Shown piece by piece: positions 10,548 through 18,947 of a DNA stretch of 18,947 bases (its first letter is position 1; each line of letters starts with the position of its first letter). This DNA is from Octopus sinensis (Eukaryota). The notes beneath the pieces are model-generated. The model ran no database searches. It was not told the origin of the DNA and saw nothing but the letters and a program-made list of their open reading frames with translations. The position numbers were made by a program, and so were the translations under genes. The stretch lies in the NCBI RefSeq assembly GCF_006345805.1, contig NW_021824377.1, positions 1 to 18,947 of the forward strand. The letters run 5' to 3'.

Positions 10548-10566
10548 AAAATAGTCGAGGGATTAC

Positions 10567-10568
10567 TG

Positions 10569-10599
<31 letters not shown>

Positions 10600-10644
10600 G
10601 CATGTATAATATATTATATATGTATAATATATATATATTATATA

Positions 10645-10705
<61 letters not shown>

Positions 10706-10738
10706 ATATATATTATATAGTATATATATATATATATA
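10567..10738. repeat. (TA)n microsatellite; a second tract lies at ~11059-11180
   Basis: Direct reading. Confidence 0.95.
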
Positions 10739-10846
10739 TGGACTGGCCTTGTACATACGTGCATATATATGTATGTATGTATGGACGATCGTATATGTAA
10801 GTATAACGTTTGTTCTGTATATATATATTTGTATTTATGTGCTCGT

Positions 10847-10919
10847 CTGATATATTCAACTGATGAAGGCAGAGCTTATTTGAAGCAAAGCTAGAAATTC
10901 AGGATCTTGAATTATTCAG
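10847..10919 (+). ncRNA. Candidate minimal type I hammerhead ribozyme
   Basis: Stem I ATTCAA 10854-10859 / TTGAAT 10907-10912, extended by CTGA/TCAG; CTGATGA 10860-10866; stem II GGC/GCT plus GCTT/AAGC; GAAA 10894-10897; quasi-palindromic stem III ATTCAGGAT; AUC with predicted cleavage after C10906. Confidence 0.65.
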
Positions 10920-11080
10920 TAATATTTTTTTGCTAGTCTATTTTGTCCCTCTGTCTTATCTCATGGTGCGATATGAACTTTTAAGGTGGTTCTTAGAGTC
11001 AGGGATTTGACTGCTATTTCGGCATGGTGGTGTCTCTCAGACACCCTTATTTTTGTTATAATATATATATTATATGTATA

Positions 11081-11158
<78 letters not shown>

Positions 11159-11184
11159 TTATTATATATATATTATATATACAA

Positions 11185-11351
11185 CGACGGGTTTCTTCCA
11201 GTTTCTGTCTATCAAATCCACCCACAAGGCAGGCTTTGGTCGGCCCGAAGCTATAGTAGAAGACACTTGTCGAAGGTGTCACGCAGTAGGACTGAACCCA
11301 GAGCCATGTGGTTGGGAAGCAAGCTTCTTACCACACGGCCTCGCCTGCGCC
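11185..11351 (-). mobile_element. 5' half of SINE B, ending in (TA)n
   Basis: Reverse complement of 18058-18215; a short duplicate of the A-box region follows at 11352-11373. Confidence 0.9.
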
Positions 11352-11427
11352 TAGCTTCTTACCACCCGGCCATGTATATATATTTGATAAAAATAAATAG
11401 AAATGGCTCATCTGAGAATTTTTGCAA

Positions 11428-11586
11428 AAGGTGACACTAATGGGAGTTTCATGCTTAAAAGCAGTCCTCAAACTGATTATTTTTGAGTTTATTCGCAATT
11501 TAAATAGGGAGCCTTTAATTACAAACATACACAAATGTATATGTGGATGTACGTCTTTCTCTCTCTATATATGTGCTTATGTATGG

Positions 11587-11634
<48 letters not shown>

Positions 11635-11777
11635 TGTGTGCGTGTGTGTGGGTGGGTGTTGGTGTTTGTATATGTGCATGCTTGTGGTTGAACACTTCGC
11701 ATTTAAGCGGTGAATAAACTTTAAACTATTAGTTTGAAGAATGCTTTTAAGCGAGAAACTCCCATGAGAGTCACCTT
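11428..11777. mobile_element. Foldback/MITE-like element with ~78-bp imperfect inverted repeats and a central (TG)n
   Basis: 11428-11505 vs reverse complement of 11701-11777, e.g. AAGGTGACACTAATGGGAGTTTCATGCTTAAAAGCA vs AAGGTGACTCTCATGGGAGTTTCTCGCTTAAAAGCA. Confidence 0.8.
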
Positions 11778-11927
11778 CGGTAAATTTACAAACATCTAAT
11801 TATTAAAATGGGGAAAAAAAAATGATCAGAAAAACCATTTCTATTCATGTTTTCAAATATATAATACTGTACCAAGGACTGTCCATTTCTTTTTCTACTA
11901 TAAATGTGTACACACAAACACGCACAC

Positions 11928-12024
<97 letters not shown>

Positions 12025-12026
12025 AG
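11928..12026. repeat. (AAT)n(AAG)n microsatellite
   Basis: Direct reading. Confidence 0.97.
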
Positions 12027-12027
12027 C

Positions 12028-12819
12028 AGTCCAACGTGTCGTGTATGCCAGCAACAAAATGAAACCATTGACCATGTGGTCTCCAAGTGCAGTCTTCTAG
12101 CGCCTACAGAGTATCTCAACAGACACGATAGAGCTGCACAATATATTCACTGGGTAATCTGCAAAAACCTGGATTTGCCCTATGAAAAACTGGTGGGGCG
12201 GGAACACAAACCACCCCCAGTGCTTGAAAATGACCACATCTCACTCCTCTGGAACTCACCATTCAAACTGACAGAAAGATAGATGCAAATAGGCCAGACA
12301 TCATATTGAAAGACTTCAAACAAAGAACATGCCTCCTCATTGATATGACTGTCCCAATCGATATAAACGTATCTGTCAAGACCCTACCAAAACTGAGCAA
12401 ATATAAAGATCTTGAAATAGAAATCAGCAAAATGTGGAAACTGAAGACTAAAAAATTACCTGTTTCATAGGTGCCCGGGAATGATAGCAAAGGGGCTGAT
12501 CGCTACCTAAATCAGATACCAAGAAACCCCAAAATGGAAGAATTCAAAAGATAGTGCTCATGGGAACTGCTCATATCCTACGCAAAATACTTTCTATGTA
12601 ATCTCAAGTTTTAAAACAAACATATTTTTCGGATCTTTTTTTTTTGACATTCACTAGTACAACACTAAATACAAAACCAAATATATGGCACACTAGGCAT
12701 AACAACAATACGAACTTCCAACCTGTTGCCTCTTGAGGTCTCTGGGTGAGACTTGGAGCCAACTTGTACAAATATAAAGCAAAAGTCAAACATAGAATAA
12801 TAATAATAATAATAATAAT
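12028..12819 (+). mobile_element. 5'-truncated R4/Dong-type non-LTR retrotransposon, subfamily a (CCHC + RLE, several frameshifts)
   Basis: CRVCQQQNETIDHVVSKC (C-x2-C-x8-H-x4-C), RHD motif, RPDIILKD...LLIDMTVP...KYKDL; stop TAA 12599-12601; 3' UTR to 12795; (AAT)n 12796-12819. Confidence 0.92.
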
Positions 12820-13454
12820 CAAAATCAAAACCGCTGACAAATTTTATAAACACCATCCTGAAGCTGTGACTGAGGGAGAAAATGTGTCGATTCTATGGGA
12901 CTTCCCCGTACAGACCGACAAGACTATAAAAGCTAATAAACCAGATATTATTATAAAAGATCAGAGAAAAAGGATGTGTTTATTAATTGACATGAGTATC
13001 CCTTGCGATCACAATATAGCGGCAAAAGAATTTGACAAGATTAGTAAATATAAAGACCTGCTAATAGAAATTGAAAACATGTGGCATCTCAAGGCGACTA
13101 CACTACCAGTGATTGTAGGATTTCTAGGAATGATAAAAAAAAAAGGTACTGAAACCTATTTGAAAATGATTCCAGGCTTACCATCTCTACAGGAAGTGCA
13201 AAAATCGTATTAACTGGAACAGCTCATGTACTGAGAAGAGCATTATCGCCGTGAAAACAACATCCATCCATGAATTTATTTATTTATTAATTTTTAAATA
13301 CATATTTTATCTGTGAATTTGCGTATGTAATCTGGGAATGATATGGTGCATCTAAGGTGTACGGAAAACACTCGGCGAGAAACGGAAGAAAATTTGAAGA
13401 AAGGAAAAAACATAATAATAATAATAAAAAATAATAATAATAATAATAATAATG

Positions 13455-13493
<39 letters not shown>

Positions 13494-13516
13494 TAATAAT
13501 AATAATATAAAATAAA
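12820..13516 (+). mobile_element. 5'-truncated R4/Dong-type non-LTR retrotransposon, subfamily b (RLE domain)
   Basis: LWDFPVQTDKTIKANKPDIIIKD...LLIDMSIP...KISKYKDL...PVIVGFLG; frameshifted end IVLTGTAHVLRRALSP, stop TGA 13252-13254; different 3' UTR to 13411; (AAT)n 13412-13516. Confidence 0.92.
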
Positions 13517-14070
13517 TGCCCGATGCAGTACCAGGCAGTGGCTCTCATGGCTTCTGGATCTTAACTGAGTGGAAGTGTTATCATGTACATTGTTTTGTCT
13601 TGGTATAAAAGATGGGCTACAGCAAATATTCTGCTCAATCACAGATTTGCTTGTCAGTTATTTGACCTTAACCAGTTGAGCATGTCCCTTAGTGGCTGAC
13701 GATATGTGCATCTCTGATCACGAGAGCAGAAGTAGTGGGGGAGCATCATAGCCATGTGTTGAGAGGGATTCTTTGGGTTTGAATAGTTCACCTCTGGAAA
13801 CATGGGTGGTTCTTTCAACATCCTTAAACAACCCTTATTCAGGACCGTTTGAGCGGGATGGGCTACTCAACCTGAAGAAAATTCTAACTGGGCCCCACCT
13901 GCAAGGTCATGTGCTGTTTATCTTGATATGAGATCACCATGTCGCGCACATATGGTTGTGATGCATGTGCCTGGTGTGTACCTTTATCAGACGGGTAGTC
14001 ATGATGGGTATATTGGGCTTCGTATATTTTACCCCAGTGTCACTTTGATGGCATGAACTGCTCTTCACTC
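13517..14070. mobile_element. ORF-less ~555-bp interspersed element E flanked by (AAT)n on both sides
   Basis: Complex sequence of moderate GC with sharp boundaries to AAT tracts; no recognisable ORF or A/B-box pair; resembles a repeat I recall as abundant in octopus DNA (unverified). Confidence 0.6.
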
Positions 14071-14230
14071 AATGATAATAATAATAATAATAATAATAAT
14101 AATATAATAATAGTAATAATAATAATAATAATAGTATAATAATAATAATAACAATTGTAACAAATCATTTATAATATTATATTATATATATATATATATA
14201 TATAGTATATATATATAATATATATATAAG

Positions 14231-14387
14231 AAATTAATAAATAAAATATATGCATATATACATACATATATGTACGTACCTACCTCTACATGTATATATA
14301 CATGCATATATGGGTACAGGACACCAAAAAAACGTTGAACACAATGAGAAACGAAAACATAAACACAAAACCAAGGAAATGGATATT
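14231..14387. repeat. Partial direct-repeat copy of 14729-14893
   Basis: AAATTAATAAATAAA ... CCAAGGAAATGGAYATT is near-identical at both positions. Confidence 0.92.
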
Positions 14388-14615
14388 GATTTAATTTAAT
14401 CAGGTTAGTTTACCATTAAACAGTAGATGAAACGGTGCATCGTATAAGAAATTACAGGGTAAATGTTTTTTAATTTTCTCCTGGTTTACGGAATTGATTT
14501 TTATTTGCGGTTGAAGCTTTGGCTGTTATTTCTAGTGGGTGAATGGCCTATTATGGCCGTTCCTTGATTGTGATGTTGAAACTAAAAATGGTCTATGACT
14601 ATTAATTTTTTCCCA

Positions 14616-14659
14616 CTAGGCCCTGGTGGCAAAAAAATTCTACAAAATTTTTTGCCACC
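14616..14659 (-). mobile_element. Candidate Helitron 3' terminus
   Basis: 12-bp perfect stem GGTGGCAAAAAA / TTTTTTGCCACC (14625-14636 / 14648-14659); on the minus strand it is followed by 5 nt, then CTAG, then T. Confidence 0.45.
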
Positions 14660-14683
14660 CTATATTGATTAATTATATATATA

Positions 14684-14714
<31 letters not shown>

Positions 14715-14728
14715 ATAATATATATAAC

Positions 14729-15014
14729 AAATTAATAAATAAAGCATATGCATATATACATACATATATGTACGTACCTACCTCTACATGTATATATACA
14801 TGCATATATGGGTACAGGATACAAAAAAAAAAAAAAAACGTCGAACACAATGAGAAACGAACACATAAACACAAAACCAAGGAAATGGACATTTTTCTTA
14901 AACAACGAAAAAATAGAGTACAGGATATACAAAACAAGGAAAATTCCCCTTCTTCAGTCGCCATGGTTTCATCTACTCCGCGTTTCGAAGGTCAAGGCGA
15001 GACACGACTTCGGT
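14729..15014 (-). mobile_element. Penelope pseudo-LTR-like repeat with a hammerhead 3'-half relic
   Basis: Minus strand: GAAG-TC...GACCTTC stem, GAAA, near-palindromic ACGCGGAGT, GUA triplet; no upstream CUGANGA; partial tandem copy 500 bp away. Confidence 0.4.
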
Positions 15015-15082
15015 AATATATATGTAACTGTATTATATGCATACACGCATGAATATATATATACATTTATAAATGTATGTGT

Positions 15083-15212
15083 GAGAGAAAGAGAGAGAGA
15101 GAGGGAGAGAGAGAGAGAGGGAGAGAGAGAGAGAGGAGAGGAGAGAGAGAGAGGGGGAGAGAGAGAGGGAGAGAGAGAGAGGGAGAGAGAGAGGGAGAGA
15201 GAGAGAGAGAGC
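15083..15212. repeat. (GA)n/(GGAGA) purine tract
   Basis: Direct reading. Confidence 0.95.
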
Positions 15213-15599
15213 GTTTCTGCGGGAAGCTGTTGTTCGTTTTTTGCTGTAGTTTAGCCATAAGTGAACGCAGAGCAAGCAGAACTGCACCTAAAGACAGTCC
15301 AACCGCGACTCTCCCTCTCGTCGTTCTGATATGGTGTATCTAAGGACAACATTAATATATATGCTATCTGTTTCGAAGAAAGCCGAGCGTGCTTTGAGGA
15401 AGCTTTGACTGTTATTTCCTGCAAGCTCAGTGACCTGGTAGGGGTTAGCGTACGGTGTCGATATGTGTGTGTGTATGAGTGTGCGTGCGTGTGTGTGTGT
15501 ATGTGTGTGTGTGTGTGTGTTTGGAGAGAAAGGTGCTTCTATGTGTAGATGTATTGATTTGCAGTGGTGGGGGATATTCGTGGTATCAATGGTGAGGTT

Positions 15600-16530
15600 A
15601 GTGGTGGGGTGGGGTGATGATAATTGGGGGGGGGTAAGTGGTGGGATGTGATTGTGTTGGTGGTGAGAGGGTCAGTGGTGGTGGTGGTGATGTTGGTGTT
15701 GGTGAAGATGATGGTGATGGTGGGGGCAGTTGTGGAGATGGTGGTGATGTTGGTGGTAATTGTGGTGGTGGTGGTGATGGTGGTGGTGGTGGTAGTGGTG
15801 ATGGTGGTGGTGATGGTGATGATGGTGGTGGTGGTGGTGATGGTGGTGGTGATGGTGGTGGTAGTGGTGATGGTGGTGGTGGTGATGGTGGTGGTGGTGG
15901 TGGTGATGGTGGTAGTGGTGATGGTGGTGGTGGTGATGGTGGTGGTGGTGATGGTGGTGGTGGTAATTGTGGTGGTGATGGTGGTGGTGATGGTGATGGT
16001 GGTGGTAGTGGTGATGGTGGTGGTGATGGTGATGATGGTGGTGGTGGTGGTAGTGGTGATGGCGGGTGGTGATGGTGATGGTGATGGTGGTGTGGTGGTG
16101 ATGTGGGTAGTGGTGATGTGGTGGTGGTGATGGTGTGATGGTGGGGTGGTGGTGGTGTGGTGATGATGGTGGTGGTGGTGATGGTGGTGGTGGTGGTGGT
16201 GATGATGGTGGTGTTGGGGTCAGTGATAGGTGGTGATGGTGATAGTGGTGGTGATACTGGTGGTGGTGATGTTGGTGGTGGTGATGGTGATGGTGGTGGT
16301 AGTGGTGATGATGGTGGTGGTGGTGGTAATTGTGGTGGTGGTGGTGATGGTGGTGGTGTTGGTGGTAATTATGGTGGTGGCGGTGATAGTGGTGGTAGTG
16401 GTGATGGTAGTGGTGATGATGCTGATGCTCATGATGGTGCTATGGTGGTAGTACAGCTATTTTTAACGGTTTTGTTGCTGCTGCTGCTGCTGTTGTTGTT
16501 GTTGTTGTTGGTGGTGGTGGTCGTGGTGAA
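15600..16530. repeat. ~930-bp (GGT/GAT)n tract ending in (GCT/GTT)n
   Basis: Direct reading; source of the poly-V/M, poly-G/D and poly-T/I ORFs. Confidence 0.95.
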
Positions 16531-16540
16531 TTGGTAATAA

Positions 16541-16772
16541 GGCGGCGAGCTGGCAGAAACGTTAGCACGCCGGGCGAAATGCTTTGCGGTATTTCGTCTG
16601 CCGTTACGTTCTGAGTTCAAATTCCGCCGAGGTCGACTTTGCCTTTCATCCTTTCGGGGTCGATAAATTAAAGTACCAGTTACGCACTGGAGTCGATGTA
16701 ATCGACTTAATACCTATGTCTGTCCTTGTTTGTCCCCTCTATGTTTAGCCCCTTGTGGGTAATAAAGAAATA
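16541..16772 (+). mobile_element. SINE A1, full length
   Basis: Complete head, B-box, central domain and tail; candidate TSD GGTAAT at 16533-16538 and 16773-16778. Confidence 0.95.
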
Positions 16773-17010
16773 GGTAATGACGGTGGCTGATGGTATTGGT
16801 GATGCCGTTAGCGTTTAGCCCCGTCTCAGACCTGATCAAAGACAATCTATCCATGATCATCCCAACCTGTCTTTAGTGTGCTTCTCTTACCAGGACAGCA
16901 TCAAAATAAGATAGGATGCGGCTAGGATCGAGTTATGGCTGTTATTTTTAGCAGGATGAGCTCCCGCTTAGAGACCGCCCTTGTTATAAAGCTTAATTTG
17001 TCGATTAGGA

Positions 17011-17776
17011 ATGTGTGTGTGTGTGTGTGTGTGTGTTGAGCGTGTGTGTTTGTGTATGTGTGTGTGCGCGAGTGCGTGTGTGTGTGTAGATGCATGTGAA
17101 TGTGTGTGTGTAGTTTTGTGTATGTGTGAGTGTGTGTGTGTGTGTGTAGATGTATGTGAATGTGTGTGTGTTGCTGTGTGTATGTGTGAGAGTGTGTGTG
17201 TGTGTGCGTGTGTGTGTAGATGTATGTGAATGTGTGTGTGTAGCTGTGTGTATGTGTGAGAGTGTGTGTGTGTGGTGTTGTGGTATGTAGGTGTATGTGA
17301 ATGTGTGTGTGTAGAATTATAAGTGTGTGTGTTGCTGTGTGTATGTGTGAGTGTGTGTGTGTAGACGTATGTGAATGTGTGTGTGTGTGTGCGTAGAATT
17401 ATGTGTGTGTGTTGCTGTGTGTATGTGTGAGTGTGTGTGTGTGTGTAGGTGTGTAGTGTGTGTGTAGGTGTGTGAAGGTGTGTGTGTAGGATTGAATGTG
17501 TGTGTGAGTGTGTGTGTATGTAGATGTGTGTGTGTATGAGAGTGCTTATGTGTGCAGATGTGTAGATGTGTGAGTATGTGTGTGTGTAAAAGTGTGTGAA
17601 GGTGTATATGGAGGATTTATGTGTGTGTGAGTGTGTGTATGTAGATGTGTATGTGTGAGAGTGTGTATGTAGGTGTGTGTGTAGGAGTGTACATGTGTGT
17701 GTGCGTGTGCACGTCAATATGAATTTATGTGTGTATGCGTATAAGTATGCAGGTGCGTGTGTGTGTGTGTGTGTGT
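17011..17776. repeat. Degenerate (TG)n tract with higher-order ~60-75 bp units
   Basis: Recurrent ATGTGAATGTGTGTGTG ... GTGTATGTGTGAG blocks between ~17090 and ~17420. Confidence 0.85.
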
Positions 17777-17953
17777 GGGGGACGTAATTTACTCTTTTAC
17801 ACATTTTAGCGTTGGAGGTGAGGCCACGCTGGAGCACCACACACATTTTTATTATACGTAGCATGAGGACGGATGCTTTGGATCCTTTCTCTGCTTGTTG
17901 TTGTTGTTACTGTTGTTGTTGCTTTTTAACTCCAGGACTAACTTTGATACAAC
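17570..17953 (-). repeat. Composite interspersed repeat D, copy 2 (inverted)
   Basis: Reverse complement aligns to 10265-10547, including variant positions inside the CA tract. Confidence 0.85.
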
Positions 17954-18010
17954 AGTATTCCAGATGTGACCATCCTGGAAATTTTGCAGAAATAATGTAT
18001 CGAGGAAACG

Positions 18011-18056
<46 letters not shown>

Positions 18057-18057
18057 T

Positions 18058-18218
18058 GAGTGGCTGTGTAGTAAGTAGCTTGCTTACCAACCACATGGCT
18101 TCGGGTTCAGTCCCACTGCGTGGCACTTTAGGCAAGCGTCTTCTACTATAGCTTGGGCCGACCAAAGCCTTGTGAGTGGATTTGGTAGACGGAAACTGAA
18201 AAGAAGCCCGCCGTATAT

Positions 18219-18264
<46 letters not shown>

Positions 18265-18510
18265 TATATATATATAGTGTGTGTTGTATATGTATAATAT
18301 ATGTATGTGTGTTTGCCCCCCAACATCGCTTGACAACCGATGCTGGCGTGTTTACGTCCCCGTAATATAGCGGTTCGGCAAAAGAAACCGATAGAATAAG
18401 TACTTGGCTTACAAAGAATAAGTCCTGGGATCGATTTGCTCGACTAAAGGCGGTGCTCCAGCATGGCCTCAGTAACATGACTGATACATGTAAAGGAGTA
18501 AAAGAGTAAA
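18058..18510 (+). mobile_element. SINE B, near full length, with internal (TA)n/(TG)n
   Basis: A-box-like TGGCTGTGTAGT, B-box-like GGTTCAGTCCC, internal microsatellite ~18213-18310, tail GGCGGTGCTCCAGCATGGCC ... GTAAAAGAGTAAA. Confidence 0.93.
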
Positions 18511-18557
18511 TTATAAAGATAGATAAAAAAAAATATATACAGTGCAGTAACTGTTTC

Positions 18558-18646
18558 TACTTCGCGGTTTTTCACTTATCGCGGGGCTGAGGAGGTGGGG
18601 CGGTAGTGGTGGAATGTGAACACCCGCGATAGATTTTGAGTTCTGC
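18558..18646. mobile_element. Degenerate pogo/Tigger-like transposon end
   Basis: CTTCGCGGTTTTTCACTTATCGCGGG ... GGAATGTGAACACCCGCGATA; 9-bp inverted pair 18577-18585 / 18623-18631, similar to Tigger subterminal motifs by recall. Confidence 0.45.
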
Positions 18647-18719
18647 TTTGCCTGCTTATTTTTCCTGCTTTCATGTGTATATGTGTGTGCGTGTACGTGC
18701 GTGTGTGTGTGTATCTGCA

Positions 18720-18753
18720 TACAAACACACACACACACACACACACAGAGCAT

Positions 18754-18791
<38 letters not shown>
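18720..18791. repeat. (CA)n microsatellite
   Basis: Direct reading. Confidence 0.95.
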
Positions 18792-18793
<2 letters not shown>

Positions 18794-18858
18794 CTGGATA
18801 AATACTGTTAACCTGTGGCTAAAACGAAGACCACGACGACGGCGACCACAACCGAAAG

Positions 18859-18905
18859 CAGCCAATCAGCTGCAAGCATATCAATTTATTACAATGCGAT
18901 TGGTC
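18859..18905. promoter_or_regulatory. Two oppositely oriented CCAAT boxes
   Basis: AGCCAATCAG (CCAAT 18862-18866) and GATTGGTC (ATTGG 18899-18903); both fit the NF-Y consensus. Confidence 0.35.
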
Positions 18906-18947
18906 AATTAAAAATGGAAAAAAGCCTTTTACTTTCGCTTTCCACCA

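Noticed and set aside
15624-16537. Gly/Asp-rich and Val/Met-rich ORFs resembling structural proteins
   Set aside because: Frames of a GGT/GAT microsatellite; no signal peptide or complex coding flank.
16968-17864. 298-aa His/Thr ORF, the longest in the track
   Set aside because: Translation of the CA/TG tract.

Overview
This window is repeat-dominated, AT-rich eukaryotic intergenic or intronic DNA. The SINE and microsatellite repertoire looks like octopus (cephalopod); that is an inference from recognising the repeat families, not a database result. I find no intact host protein-coding gene, tRNA, rRNA or CRISPR array, and nearly all long ORFs in the track are microsatellite read-throughs. 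The only recognisable coding sequence is three decayed, 5'-truncated fragments of R4/Dong-type non-LTR retrotransposons (CCHC knuckle and/or restriction-like endonuclease), each tied to (TAA)n tracts. Two of them, plus an ORF-less ~555 bp element, are stacked in one AAT array (11.9-14.15 kb). There are about a dozen tRNA-derived SINE copies or fragments from three head families, including a head-to-tail dimer inside one target-site duplication (TSD). Other features: a near-complete minimal type I hammerhead ribozyme fold (10847-10919) plus two relics, piggyBac-like, foldback and pogo-like MITE remnants, a candidate Helitron 3' end, a composite repeat present in two inverted copies, and many simple repeats. 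SINE labels A1, A2, B and C and element labels D and E are my own.
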